From positions 1 through 64,000 of IMG/VR virus record IMGVR_UViG_3300033073_000492: a stretch of DNA of 64,000 nucleotides; one strand, written 5' to 3'. This document shows, piece after piece, positions 8,998-17,305 of this stretch. This stretch comes from a virus (taxonomy: Duplodnaviria; Caudoviricetes). Made by a program: the position numbers and the translations under genes. The notes under the pieces were generated by a model. The model worked only from the letters and a program-made list of their open reading frames with translations, was not told the DNA's origin and ran no database searches. Positions within the stretch are counted from its first letter, which is position 1. Each line of letters begins with the position of its first letter.

Positions 8998-9041
8998 AAA
9001 GTGTCTTTCGACACTAGAGAGTCAACATGAGGTTGACTAGA

Positions 9042-10151
9042 TTAGCTACCTGCATCCACGATGTACTTGCCGTACTTCTTGTGGAATGTGTCAAAGTTTT
9101 TCAACTGACTAGGTTCGATTGGCAACTTGTAAGTTTTCAATGCAATCTTTGCACCCATAACGACCAACTCAGTTTCAAAGTTGTCCATCATGTATTGAAT
9201 GAAGTTAAATGCCATTTCATGGAACTTCTTGTTGTCAACTTTCTTGTTGTCAACCATGTCCTTCAATTCATAGCACATTGAAATTGTCAACGAATACATC
9301 GCTGAGATTTCCTTCACTTGCAAGTCTTTGACTTTGCCTGACAAGATATCTTCTGGTGCGGGCATCTTGCCTGCAACTTTGCGGTGAGCCATAAACTTCA
9401 CAGCAAGACCATCACCAATCGCACCTGCAACCAAGTTGAATTGGGTGTCAGTATCCATGTCCTCGTCATTCAACAAATCACTTACGAAACACCATGAACG
9501 AGGTGTAGCGAATGCACGTGAACTAGACTTAGCATCAAAGTCGTACATGTCGTTCTTGGCGAATGACAAGTAACCAACAACGTCTTTATGAATGCCGTTG
9601 TTCACAGCCCACAACTGCCAAGAAGCAAAGTCAGGACGCATTTCCAAGTGAACGAAACGATTAGCAAGGGGCATTGGCATGCGATATGTCACACCCTTGT
9701 CACTGTCACGATTACCTGCCGCAACGATAACAACGTTATCTGGGAGTTTGTACTTACCTACACGACGGTTCAAGATAAGTTGATAACCAGCCGCTTGTAC
9801 TGCTGGGGGTGCTGAGTTCATTTCGTCCAAGAACAAAACAACTGTCTTGAACTGTGATGCGAATTCTTCGCTTGGCAAATCGACTGGCTCAGCCCAATCC
9901 ATCTTACCATTTTCTTTGTTGAAAAAAGGGATACCACGAATGTCAGTAGGCTCCATTTGTGCCATACGCAAGTCAATCATAGCATCAGGTGAACCACCCA
10001 ACTCAATTGCAAGTTGTTGAACAACATCAGACTTACCGATGCCGGGAGGGCCCCACAAGAATACGGGACGCTTAGATTTCATAGCTTGCTTAAGTGATTT
10101 AGCGGCTTGAATACTAGTGATAGTGTGATTGTCAGAAACGACTGATGCCAT
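9042..10151 (-). CDS. MoxR/dynein-related AAA+ ATPase
   Basis: Walker A GPPGIGKS, Walker B LFLDE, AAGNR, LANRF and TPRSW. Confidence 0.9.
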   Translation of the reverse strand: MASVVSDNHTITSIQAAKSLKQAMKSKRPVFLWGPPGIGKSDVVQQLAIELGGSPDAMIDLRMAQMEPTDIRGIPFFNKENGKMDWAEPVDLPSEEFASQFKTVVLFLDEMNSAPPAVQAAGYQLILNRRVGKYKLPDNVVIVAAGNRDSDKGVTYRMPMPLANRFVHLEMRPDFASWQLWAVNNGIHKDVVGYLSFAKNDMYDFDAKSSSRAFATPRSWCFVSDLLNDEDMDTDTQFNLVAGAIGDGLAVKFMAHRKVAGKMPAPEDILSGKVKDLQVKEISAMYSLTISMCYELKDMVDNKKVDNKKFHEMAFNFIQYMMDNFETELVVMGAKIALKTYKLPIEPSQLKNFDTFHKKYGKYIVDAGS

Positions 10152-10192
10152 TATTAACTCCTGTTGTTGGCTTTTGAAAATTTAGAATACGT

Positions 10193-10221
10193 AGTATATG
10201 ACAGATTGGATTTATTGTCAA
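10193..10221 (-). promoter_or_regulatory. sigma70-type early promoter
   Basis: TTGACA-N17-TATACT upstream of the ATPase. Confidence 0.8.
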
Positions 10222-10676
10222 ACACTTTTTAAAAGTTTTTTAACTCGTTTGCCCATTTCTTTTTCGCAGTATGCGAGGGCACGTGATGCCAAAAGTCGTT
10301 CACGTGCGAACGCTTCTTGTTCCCAAGGACGTTCGTGATAAACTGTGTTGACACGTTGACCCAACCACGTTTGATTTGATTTGGAGTCAAGTTGTAACTG
10401 ACCTTTAGCGATTTGTTTAACGTGAACCATTTCATGTGCGAGACATTGAACGAGGTCAGCTTCACCTAAGCCACCGTCAATCATAATCACAATGTCATGG
10501 TCTGCAACTTCTGAGCATACGCCGTTGAAGCCTTCACGTTTGCGTAGACCTGGGCTGTTGTAAATTGTTAACGCATATTTGCTTTTCTCCAGTTTTAATT
10601 CTTTACGCAAGAATTGGGATGCTAAGTCAAGCATAAGTTTACGCTTGACAGAACGAGTTACAATTTCGATTTCCAT
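10218..10676 (-). CDS. putative zinc metallopeptidase (HExxH)
   Basis: LAHEMVHVKQ and a downstream PWEQEA acidic ligand motif. Confidence 0.75.
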   Translation of the reverse strand: MEIEIVTRSVKRKLMLDLASQFLRKELKLEKSKYALTIYNSPGLRKREGFNGVCSEVADHDIVIMIDGGLGEADLVQCLAHEMVHVKQIAKGQLQLDSKSNQTWLGQRVNTVYHERPWEQEAFARERLLASRALAYCEKEMGKRVKKLLKSV

Positions 10677-10681
10677 AACGT

Positions 10682-10710
10682 AGTATATCAGGAAAGTGAT
10701 TTATCGTCAA
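10682..10710 (-). promoter_or_regulatory. sigma70-type early promoter
   Basis: TTGACG-N17-TATACT, 5 nt before the ATG at 10676. Confidence 0.75.
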
Positions 10711-10735
10711 GTTTTATTTTTATAGTACTAAAGTA

Positions 10736-11134
10736 TTACCAGAAGAAGGGCTCTTTTGCTTCTTCACCCTTGAGAACCTTGATAATTTCATCTTGTTCAC
10801 TATAGATTAGTCTCCGTTGTTCTAAAATCGTGCGGCGTTCTTCTTTTGTCATTGCTAACCATTTGTCAACAACTTCATAAGAGCCATATGCAACACCTTC
10901 AGGAAGTTCGTTCACAATCCAAACTACTACATTTTTCAATGCCGGAACTGTATTAGCTGGATGTGAACGACTAATTGCATCCATAAAGTCATTAGCAAGG
11001 ACACTACGAAAAAATGACCCAGGATCAAACCCATGCACAAGATAATTGTAAATTGGTTCAGCATAGTCCTTGGCAACATCATAGGAACTCAAACTGTTGT
11101 ACAGTTTGTACTTGCTTAATTTTGTAAGTTTCAT
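10736..11134 (-). CDS. hypothetical phage protein
   Basis: 132-aa ORF containing YLVHGFDPGSFFRSVLANDF. Confidence 0.75.
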   Translation of the reverse strand: MKLTKLSKYKLYNSLSSYDVAKDYAEPIYNYLVHGFDPGSFFRSVLANDFMDAISRSHPANTVPALKNVVVWIVNELPEGVAYGSYEVVDKWLAMTKEERRTILEQRRLIYSEQDEIIKVLKGEEAKEPFFW

Positions 11135-11652
11135 ACGAACTCCTTAACTAACATATCGACATAATCATCACTGCATTCACCCAAGTCCTTACCACCGAGT
11201 AAGCACAAACTCACATCACCGAACTTAGCAAGCATACCACCAGCCTTGTCGCCATCACAAACAACAACGACTTTGCGATTCAACATGCTCAACCAGTTAC
11301 GAAAATCTTTTTGCGGGTTGCAAGTTAATGCGGCTACAGCACTAACACCTCGTTGTGTCAATCGTGCGGCATCGAACAAACCCTCAGTCACAAAAACAAC
11401 ATGAGGAGTCAAGTGCAAACTTTCAACACCCCAAACTGTTACCGTGGGTTGATGATGGTAAGTAAAGTACTTACCGAATCTTGGGTTGTTGTTTGGCTTC
11501 TTTTCACCCTCTGGTCTGTATTGTTGATAGCCAACAACTTGTCCACTCAAGTTCCAAAGATAGAATGTGGCGACACGTTCTACATCGTCAACAACTGGCT
11601 GATGTAGTTCTAGGTCTAAATGGCGACTAAGAAGGTGTTCTGTAAGATTCAT
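11131..11652 (-). CDS. stand-alone Toprim-domain (primase-like) protein
   Basis: VTEGLFDA and VVVCDGDKAG Toprim acidic motifs. Start moved to 11652 because a promoter lies inside the longer ORF. Confidence 0.75.
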   Translation of the reverse strand: MNLTEHLLSRHLDLELHQPVVDDVERVATFYLWNLSGQVVGYQQYRPEGEKKPNNNPRFGKYFTYHHQPTVTVWGVESLHLTPHVVFVTEGLFDAARLTQRGVSAVAALTCNPQKDFRNWLSMLNRKVVVVCDGDKAGGMLAKFGDVSLCLLGGKDLGECSDDYVDMLVKEFV

Positions 11653-11658
11653 AATGCT

Positions 11659-11687
11659 ATTATAGCAAAAACGGTTATATCTGTCAA
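11659..11687 (-). promoter_or_regulatory. sigma70-type early promoter
   Basis: TTGACA-N17-TATAAT, 6 nt before the ATG at 11652. Confidence 0.8.
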
Positions 11688-11706
11688 TGTGCATACTAAA
11701 TAACTA

Positions 11707-13188
11707 ATGTTTCTTTCCAACGCAAATGTAGTACTAATTTCTGACAATATATTACCAAGTGATAAACTCTATGGTTGGGCTAGAGCAGCCGGACCCTATC
11801 GTATTGCAACAGAGATTAGAAAGAATGGATACACTTGTCAAGTGATTGATTGTTTTACTTCATTGACAGAGGACGAGAAATCAAAACTACTCAATGAATG
11901 TGTAGGTGATGATACGTTAATGGTTGGTATTAGTAGTACGTTCATTGCCAAAGACGATGATGCGATGTCTCCATATCCATATGACATTGAACAAATGAAA
12001 CAGTACTTTGACACAATCAAACTAAAGAACCCATCTACAAAGATTGTGTACGGCGGGGCTAAAGCAGATTCACGCAATGCACCAGGTGTTGATGCTATTA
12101 TTGTAGGATTGTCAGATAAGGCAATCATCGAGTACTTGAAATTTCTACAAGGAAAGAATCCATTCTTCACATACGAATCGTCTGACGACTTTATGATTGT
12201 AGATGCTGACAATCACAATCAAGGGTTTAACTTTGTTGAGAGTAAGATTCAGTATGAACCAGAAGATAATGTAAAACAACAAGAAGTATTGCCCATTGAG
12301 ATATCACGTGGATGCATCTTCAAGTGTAGCTTCTGTTCGTTTGCATTGAATGGTAAAAAGAAGAACGACCACATAAAGAAGCCAGAAACAATACGTGAAG
12401 AATTCATTCACAATTTTGAGAAGTATGGGGCGACAAAGTATATTTTGTTAGATGACACATTCAATGATAGTATCGACAAATTAGAAATGTTAGCAGACGT
12501 TTCACAGAGCTTGCCATTCAAGTTGCAAGTCAGTGCATACATGCGCTTAGACTTGATTAGAGCACATCCAAGACAATACCAATTACTCAAAGACATAGGT
12601 TTGTATGCTTGCTTCTTTGGCATTGAGACATTGAATTACAAGTCAGCACAAACAATAGGCAAAGGACTACACCCCGACAAAGTAGTAGAAGAACTTCACA
12701 AGTTCAGAGACACAATGCCAGAAGTGGGAACTAGTGCAGGATTTATATGCGGATTGCCCTACGAGACAAAAGATTCAATCATCAAGTGGGGAGCGCAATT
12801 ATACAACGGAGACTTCCCATTAGATGCATTCAGTATGAAGCCATTGTATATCAGTCAGAATCAAAACAAAAAATACAAAAGTGAATTTGAAACTGACTTC
12901 GACAAATGGTACACTTGGAAGCCATCGTCAATAGGTCCCAAGTGGGATAACGGTTCGTTTGATTTACCATGGGCTAAATGGTATGCAGATTATTTCTTAT
13001 TCAAGGCACGACAAGTACAACGTGTGGGCGGATGGCAGTCAATGATGTTAGAGAATGTATTACCCATTGGGTACAATGTACACAGAAGACCATTGATTGA
13101 TATTATGAAAGAAATGGATCCTTCTGTAATAGAACTAGAGAAACGTAGATACGTTGATAGGTTATTTACACAAGTGTGCGATAAGTAA
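11707..13188 (+). CDS. radical SAM protein with N-terminal cobalamin-binding-like domain
   Basis: GPYRIAT...VGISSTF...GGA N-terminal domain; SRGCIFKCSFC (CxxxCxxC); DDTF, FFGIET and FICGLPYET. Confidence 0.85.
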   Translation: MFLSNANVVLISDNILPSDKLYGWARAAGPYRIATEIRKNGYTCQVIDCFTSLTEDEKSKLLNECVGDDTLMVGISSTFIAKDDDAMSPYPYDIEQMKQYFDTIKLKNPSTKIVYGGAKADSRNAPGVDAIIVGLSDKAIIEYLKFLQGKNPFFTYESSDDFMIVDADNHNQGFNFVESKIQYEPEDNVKQQEVLPIEISRGCIFKCSFCSFALNGKKKNDHIKKPETIREEFIHNFEKYGATKYILLDDTFNDSIDKLEMLADVSQSLPFKLQVSAYMRLDLIRAHPRQYQLLKDIGLYACFFGIETLNYKSAQTIGKGLHPDKVVEELHKFRDTMPEVGTSAGFICGLPYETKDSIIKWGAQLYNGDFPLDAFSMKPLYISQNQNKKYKSEFETDFDKWYTWKPSSIGPKWDNGSFDLPWAKWYADYFLFKARQVQRVGGWQSMMLENVLPIGYNVHRRPLIDIMKEMDPSVIELEKRRYVDRLFTQVCDK

Positions 13189-13416
13189 AAACTTCTCTAA
13201 GCGGTCAATCGCTTCGTTTATTTCAACAACCTTATCGTGTGTGTATTCTAATTTGTTTATGCGCCTAGCTTCAACTTCTGCCGAGCTTAACTCAGCAACC
13301 ATATTGCTGATATTGTTCAACATTTTACGCAAGTCTGGATTAAAAGGAACTTGTCCAATCTGAGTTCTTAAATCAGAATGTACATCGTTCCAGTCGAGAG
13401 AAGAATGTATGTGCAT
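13162..13416 (-). CDS. hypothetical helical protein
   Basis: 84-aa ORF with its own promoter. Confidence 0.72.
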   Translation of the reverse strand: MHIHSSLDWNDVHSDLRTQIGQVPFNPDLRKMLNNISNMVAELSSAEVEARRINKLEYTHDKVVEINEAIDRLEKFLLIAHLCK

Positions 13417-13422
13417 ACCCTA

Positions 13423-13452
13423 AGTATATCACAACTTAGGATATGCTGTCAA
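13423..13452 (-). promoter_or_regulatory. sigma70-type early promoter
   Basis: TTGACA-N18-TATACT, 6 nt before the ATG at 13416. Confidence 0.7.
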
Positions 13453-14271
13453 TTAAGCAAAAAGTTCTAAACTTGTTCCGCACTCACTACAAAACTTATT
13501 TGTAGCTTTGTTTTGCTTACCACAAGTATTGCACTTTGGTTTCATTTTGACATTGACAGGTTGTAAGACTGGCTTGTTATCCTCTGTCTCACCTAGCAAC
13601 TTAAAAACAATTGTGTACTTATCAGGTTCCATTACACCCATTGATGTTGTAGTAAACTTTTGGTCGCTTTTACTACCTGGCACAGTGATACCAACATCAT
13701 TGATAGGTGCTGATTGTGCTGACACATTCATTGAGTTTGTAGTTGCACCCGATGCAGTAATCCAGCCAGCATCCATACTTGAACCACCTACTGAACTGTA
13801 TGTAGCACCCATTGGGGCTGCCCAGTCACCAGTAGAACCACTGATACCTGACATTTTACTACCACGCATAATACCACTGTTGTATGTGTTGTGGTTGTTA
13901 ATGAAGAATGAAGTCAAGTCATATGCTTCGAACTGAAACTCAATACGAATCAAACCATCTTCAAGTTTTATCCCTCTGTGTTGTTCCACTGAGCCTGTTC
14001 GCTCGATAAACTTGAAACGATTTCCTGCACTAAGATTACCATTGACAATACTTCGTTCCAAATCCACTTCTTGACCTGCGTTGAGAACCAGACCACCAGG
14101 AACAACGTTATCACCGTCAATATAGACATTTACTAGTGCCCTCTTTGTGTTGAGATTTTTTAACAAGAAACTATATTCGCTCCCGAAGGGGATATAGACT
14201 GTATCTTTAAATTCGCGGAGAATTTTACCATTGGCTTTTAGGCTCGCCACGAGCTTGTTTGCGTACATCAT
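13453..14271 (-). CDS. hypothetical protein with Gly/Ser-rich linker and C-terminal zinc ribbon
   Basis: SD AAGGA; C-terminal CNTCGKQNKATNKFCSECG. Confidence 0.8.
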   Translation of the reverse strand: MMYANKLVASLKANGKILREFKDTVYIPFGSEYSFLLKNLNTKRALVNVYIDGDNVVPGGLVLNAGQEVDLERSIVNGNLSAGNRFKFIERTGSVEQHRGIKLEDGLIRIEFQFEAYDLTSFFINNHNTYNSGIMRGSKMSGISGSTGDWAAPMGATYSSVGGSSMDAGWITASGATTNSMNVSAQSAPINDVGITVPGSKSDQKFTTTSMGVMEPDKYTIVFKLLGETEDNKPVLQPVNVKMKPKCNTCGKQNKATNKFCSECGTSLELFA

Positions 14272-14345
14272 ATTTTCCTTTTACTGCTCACAGACTAAGA
14301 GCATATTGGTTAAAGTCTGTTGAATTGCTAGACCATCTAGCAATG
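14272..14345 (-). promoter_or_regulatory. structured 5' leader (hairpin plus pseudoknot-like element abutting the SD)
   Basis: ATTGCTAGA/TCTAGCAAT hairpin, CAGACT/AGTCTG stem and TGCTC/GAGCA pairing next to AAAAGGA; ATAAATA lies immediately upstream (14346-14352). Confidence 0.45.
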
Positions 14346-14362
14346 TATTTATTATACTGCAA

Positions 14363-14953
14363 TTACTGCAAAAACAAATCTTTTTGGGTGATTTCCATAA
14401 ATTTCATTTGTCCACAAGTGAAGCAACGATTGCATGGCTTAGCATACCCATCTTCGTAAACAGGAGTTCGACATGACCAAAAACAGTCTTTCAATTCTTG
14501 GGGTAACAAATCATAAAGGTCTTTCTTAGAATAGTCTTTGATTGGATACAATTTCTCTACACCCGTGAATAGTTCAAGTATATTGTTTGCTCGTTCAATT
14601 CTATCAGACCATATGTTTTGCATATCTTCTTTATTCGCCCCAACTGCTACACTTTTGATTTTAGGATTTGCGCTACAAATGAAGCCTGCAAAGAAGTTGA
14701 TAGTGTCACTATCATACAAGAACTTACCATTGATTGTAGGACAACTTAACTTACTTGAGTTATACTCAAAGTTTGTTAGACCCACACTAGTAAAATATTC
14801 TAATGTTTTCTTAACTGCAATGTTTTCAACTTGTGCCCTGTTTTCTTCATTATCAATTTCAACATGATGGATGTAAAGATGATGACCTTGTTTCAATAAC
14901 AGATAAGCCATTGCGACACTATCTATGCCGCCACTAAGCATTGTAAGTATCAT
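14363..14953 (-). CDS. QueC-like PP-loop ATPase with C-terminal Cys cluster
   Basis: MLSGGIDS PP-loop; CFWSCRTP...CNRCFTC. Start at 14953 (ATGA overlap). Confidence 0.75.
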   Translation of the reverse strand: MILTMLSGGIDSVAMAYLLLKQGHHLYIHHVEIDNEENRAQVENIAVKKTLEYFTSVGLTNFEYNSSKLSCPTINGKFLYDSDTINFFAGFICSANPKIKSVAVGANKEDMQNIWSDRIERANNILELFTGVEKLYPIKDYSKKDLYDLLPQELKDCFWSCRTPVYEDGYAKPCNRCFTCGQMKFMEITQKDLFLQ

Positions 14954-15393
14954 TTGAAGTTCCAAACAAAATATCTATGTACTCCATCATCGTGAAACAC
15001 ATTTGGTTCGACGGGGAATTCATTTGGTTCAGGGAAATGTTTTGCGTATGTTGTTTCCCAGTTTGGTTTATAGAATGTTCTGATAACTAGTTTAGAGCAA
15101 TTCTGTTGTAGTAACGGGAACAATTGATCCGTTAATTCTTTAGTGAAGTTGAATATCCCGCACCCTATAATAGTATCATATTTGCTATCTATTGATAGCC
15201 AATCTCTATCTTGTATCTTAGGATCATCCCATTTAGGACATAGGTCGTAAGCATCAGTCGCTAGTTCTAACAACATCTTAGTAGAACCTAGCAATAGAAC
15301 ACTATCCCCATCAATGAGATTTCTGAATAGTTCTCTATCCGTTTCAGTTGGGGCGCCAGGTGGATTTCTCCAGAATTCGTAATCGTTGTGCAT
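14950..15393 (-). CDS. possible divergent class I SAM-dependent methyltransferase fold
   Basis: VLLLGST (motif I-like) and KYDTIIGCGIFNF (motif IV-like); weak match. Confidence 0.45.
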   Translation of the reverse strand: MHNDYEFWRNPPGAPTETDRELFRNLIDGDSVLLLGSTKMLLELATDAYDLCPKWDDPKIQDRDWLSIDSKYDTIIGCGIFNFTKELTDQLFPLLQQNCSKLVIRTFYKPNWETTYAKHFPEPNEFPVEPNVFHDDGVHRYFVWNFK

Positions 15394-15397
15394 GAAC

Positions 15398-15418
15398 TAT
15401 TTAAGTCCCTGATAAATA
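15398..15418. promoter_or_regulatory. divergent pair of late-type promoter elements
   Basis: TTAAATA on minus (15404-15398) and ATAAATA on plus (15412-15418) between divergent genes. Confidence 0.55.
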
Positions 15419-15443
15419 CTATATAATTTTTAAGGATTGTAAA

Positions 15444-15866
15444 ATGGCAACAGTAACAAACGTACATGGCTTGAAAGCGGGCACAGGTGGACAAGCGGGT
15501 ACTATGGATATTCAGTTTTTGCTTATCAAAGCATATGACAAAGCATTTAACCTCACACAAACTGCTAACAACGATTATGAATATAGTAGCGATTCAAACG
15601 ACGGTCTTGCTCAAATTGTAGCAATCGTTCAAGATTTTGCTGAAATTTATTATATAGGTGTTCCTGAAGCAAACTCAGGTGGTGAGAACGATTTGACTAG
15701 AGTTATTATTGGTATCAACCCAAACACTGCTAGAGGATTACCTGAGGGTGTAGTACTACCATCAGCAACTGGTAACTGGAGTGAATTAGAATCAGCACTA
15801 GGTGGCGGTTCAGAAGCATGGTTTGCTATCCCAGGTCAAGGCTGGAATTGGTGGTATAACGATTAA
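15444..15866 (+). CDS. hypothetical late (possibly virion) protein
   Basis: SD AAGGA, upstream ATAAATA, Gly-rich N-terminus and Trp-rich C-terminus (WNWWYND). Confidence 0.72.
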   Translation: MATVTNVHGLKAGTGGQAGTMDIQFLLIKAYDKAFNLTQTANNDYEYSSDSNDGLAQIVAIVQDFAEIYYIGVPEANSGGENDLTRVIIGINPNTARGLPEGVVLPSATGNWSELESALGGGSEAWFAIPGQGWNWWYND

Positions 15867-16069
15867 TCAATTTGCTCTAAACCATATTTGAGTATCAGAA
15901 AGGGAACAATTGAATGTTCCTTTTCCAATTCTAGTCTATATCCTATCTTGTTAACATCAACATTATGCCAATATCGTTCAACAGGCCAGTACTTGACGTT
16001 AGACTTCATCATGTGAGCCATAACTTCGGACAACTTGCCTTTAGGACAGAATAGTTTAACTGTATTCAT
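15863..16069 (-). CDS. hypothetical phage protein
   Basis: Start at MNTVKLF gives a short overlap with the upstream stop. Confidence 0.65.
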   Translation of the reverse strand: MNTVKLFCPKGKLSEVMAHMMKSNVKYWPVERYWHNVDVNKIGYRLELEKEHSIVPFLILKYGLEQID

Positions 16070-16637
16070 AGGGTGTGTCAGCCTGTGAGTAGTCAGCTGG
16101 GATCCTAGCTCCTTTAACATTGTCATACTCTTTGTAGTAATGTTCATTTTCTTTTACAATTCTAAAATCATCATACTTCAAACTAGCGAACGTTACTTCC
16201 TCTTTCTTTAACATATCACAGATAATGTATGTTGTTGTACAAGGTGCTGAGATAGTTTTGAATGGACTATGTTTAAACTCGTTCGCTTGCAATGCCTTAT
16301 GCATAGGGCTATTGGGTGAAAATATAATACGGGTTATGCCTAGCTTTTGATTGCGTAGTCGTATTTTATCGTAGATTGTGAGTGTTGTCAAGGTTGCTTC
16401 GTTCTCGTCATTGATGGTGACCAATGCGTTTTTGAACTTGATTGAACCTTTAGTGCTGGGATTGTCAGGAGTTTCTTTTGTACTCCACGGTACTTGTGCG
16501 TCAACGTGATTGACATAGTACGTTTCGCCATGAAATTTTAAGACCCACATGGGAATGGTCTCGTCTTGTAAGTGTGCTTTGTTAAAGTGGAAGACTACCT
16601 CTTTACATGCAAATTCAATCTATTGATTAGTTGTCAT
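16056..16637 (-). CDS. hypothetical phage protein with an in-frame TAG at codon 6 (readthrough gene or pseudogene)
   Basis: AGGAG-N6-ATG ACA ACT AAT CAA TAG ATT GAA TTT GCA TGT..., in frame with the track ORF starting at 16550; TAG at 16620-16622. Confidence 0.65.
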
Positions 16638-16935
16638 AAGTTTCTCCTGTGAAAATATAATCACCTTTCGGTGTGTTGAGTACAGTTTGTAATTGTACTC
16701 TATCTATATATCTCAACTTCAACCACATTTCTTCTTTTGTGGTTTCAGTTTTGATATAAATCTTATGCGAATCTGTGATAACTTCCTGTCCAGTATCGTA
16801 GTCACACCATCCACTGTCGTTTTCATATGTTACATACGGTCTTTCAACATGGCAGAATAGATTAGAACTATCTAGCCATTCGAAATCTTCGTCAGTGTAT
16901 GGTGATGGTAGATACCAGACTTTAGTAGTTATCAT
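16627..16935 (-). CDS. hypothetical phage protein
   Basis: 102-aa ORF with an ATGA overlap. Confidence 0.72.
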   Translation of the reverse strand: MITTKVWYLPSPYTDEDFEWLDSSNLFCHVERPYVTYENDSGWCDYDTGQEVITDSHKIYIKTETTKEEMWLKLRYIDRVQLQTVLNTPKGDYIFTGETYDN

Positions 16936-17177
16936 TTTTGCTTATGCTGTTCGCCACTGACTGGATCCATAGTAGGAGCAACCTTTGCAGCCTCTTCCGG
17001 AGTTGCGAATCTAGGAGGCTCACTAGTCCAATAGTTAGGCATGAAAGTCCATCCAAAACTTTTCCAGAACTTATGAATCAAATTGTTAGCGACAATGGTT
17101 GCCGCTAAGATGATTATTGAACCTAGTGCATATAAGATACTGCCTGCTAAAAAGACAGCCGCATTATCCATATCCAT
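16932..17177 (-). CDS. hypothetical membrane protein
   Basis: N-terminal hydrophobic helix (AAVFLAGSILYALGSIIILAATIVA); TAATG overlap. Confidence 0.72.
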   Translation of the reverse strand: MDMDNAAVFLAGSILYALGSIIILAATIVANNLIHKFWKSFGWTFMPNYWTSEPPRFATPEEAAKVAPTMDPVSGEQHKQK

Positions 17178-17305
17178 TAGATAACCTCGTAATCTTCTTT
17201 ACCTACACCACATTCTGGGCATTCGAATGTGTCAGGTAATTCATCCCACTTACCTTCTGTTGCTTCATCGTGGACGTGGCCACAAACAATACATACGTGT
17301 TCCAT
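17177..17305 (-). CDS. rubredoxin (42 aa, not in ORF track)
   Basis: MEHVCIVCGHVHDEATEGKWDELPDTFECPECGVGKEDYEVI: CxxC...W..LP..F.CPxCG; TAATG-coupled to rubrerythrin. Confidence 0.92.
   Translation of the reverse strand: MEHVCIVCGHVHDEATEGKWDELPDTFECPECGVGKEDYEVI

Noticed and set aside
14272-14320. Calling the leader a bona fide SAM-II or preQ1 riboswitch
   Set aside because: The ligand-binding consensus nucleotides are not matched; kept only as a candidate structured leader.
14363-14953. 7-deazaguanine DNA modification system
   Set aside because: Only a divergent QueC-like gene is present; no folE, queD, queE or dpdA is recognisable in the window.
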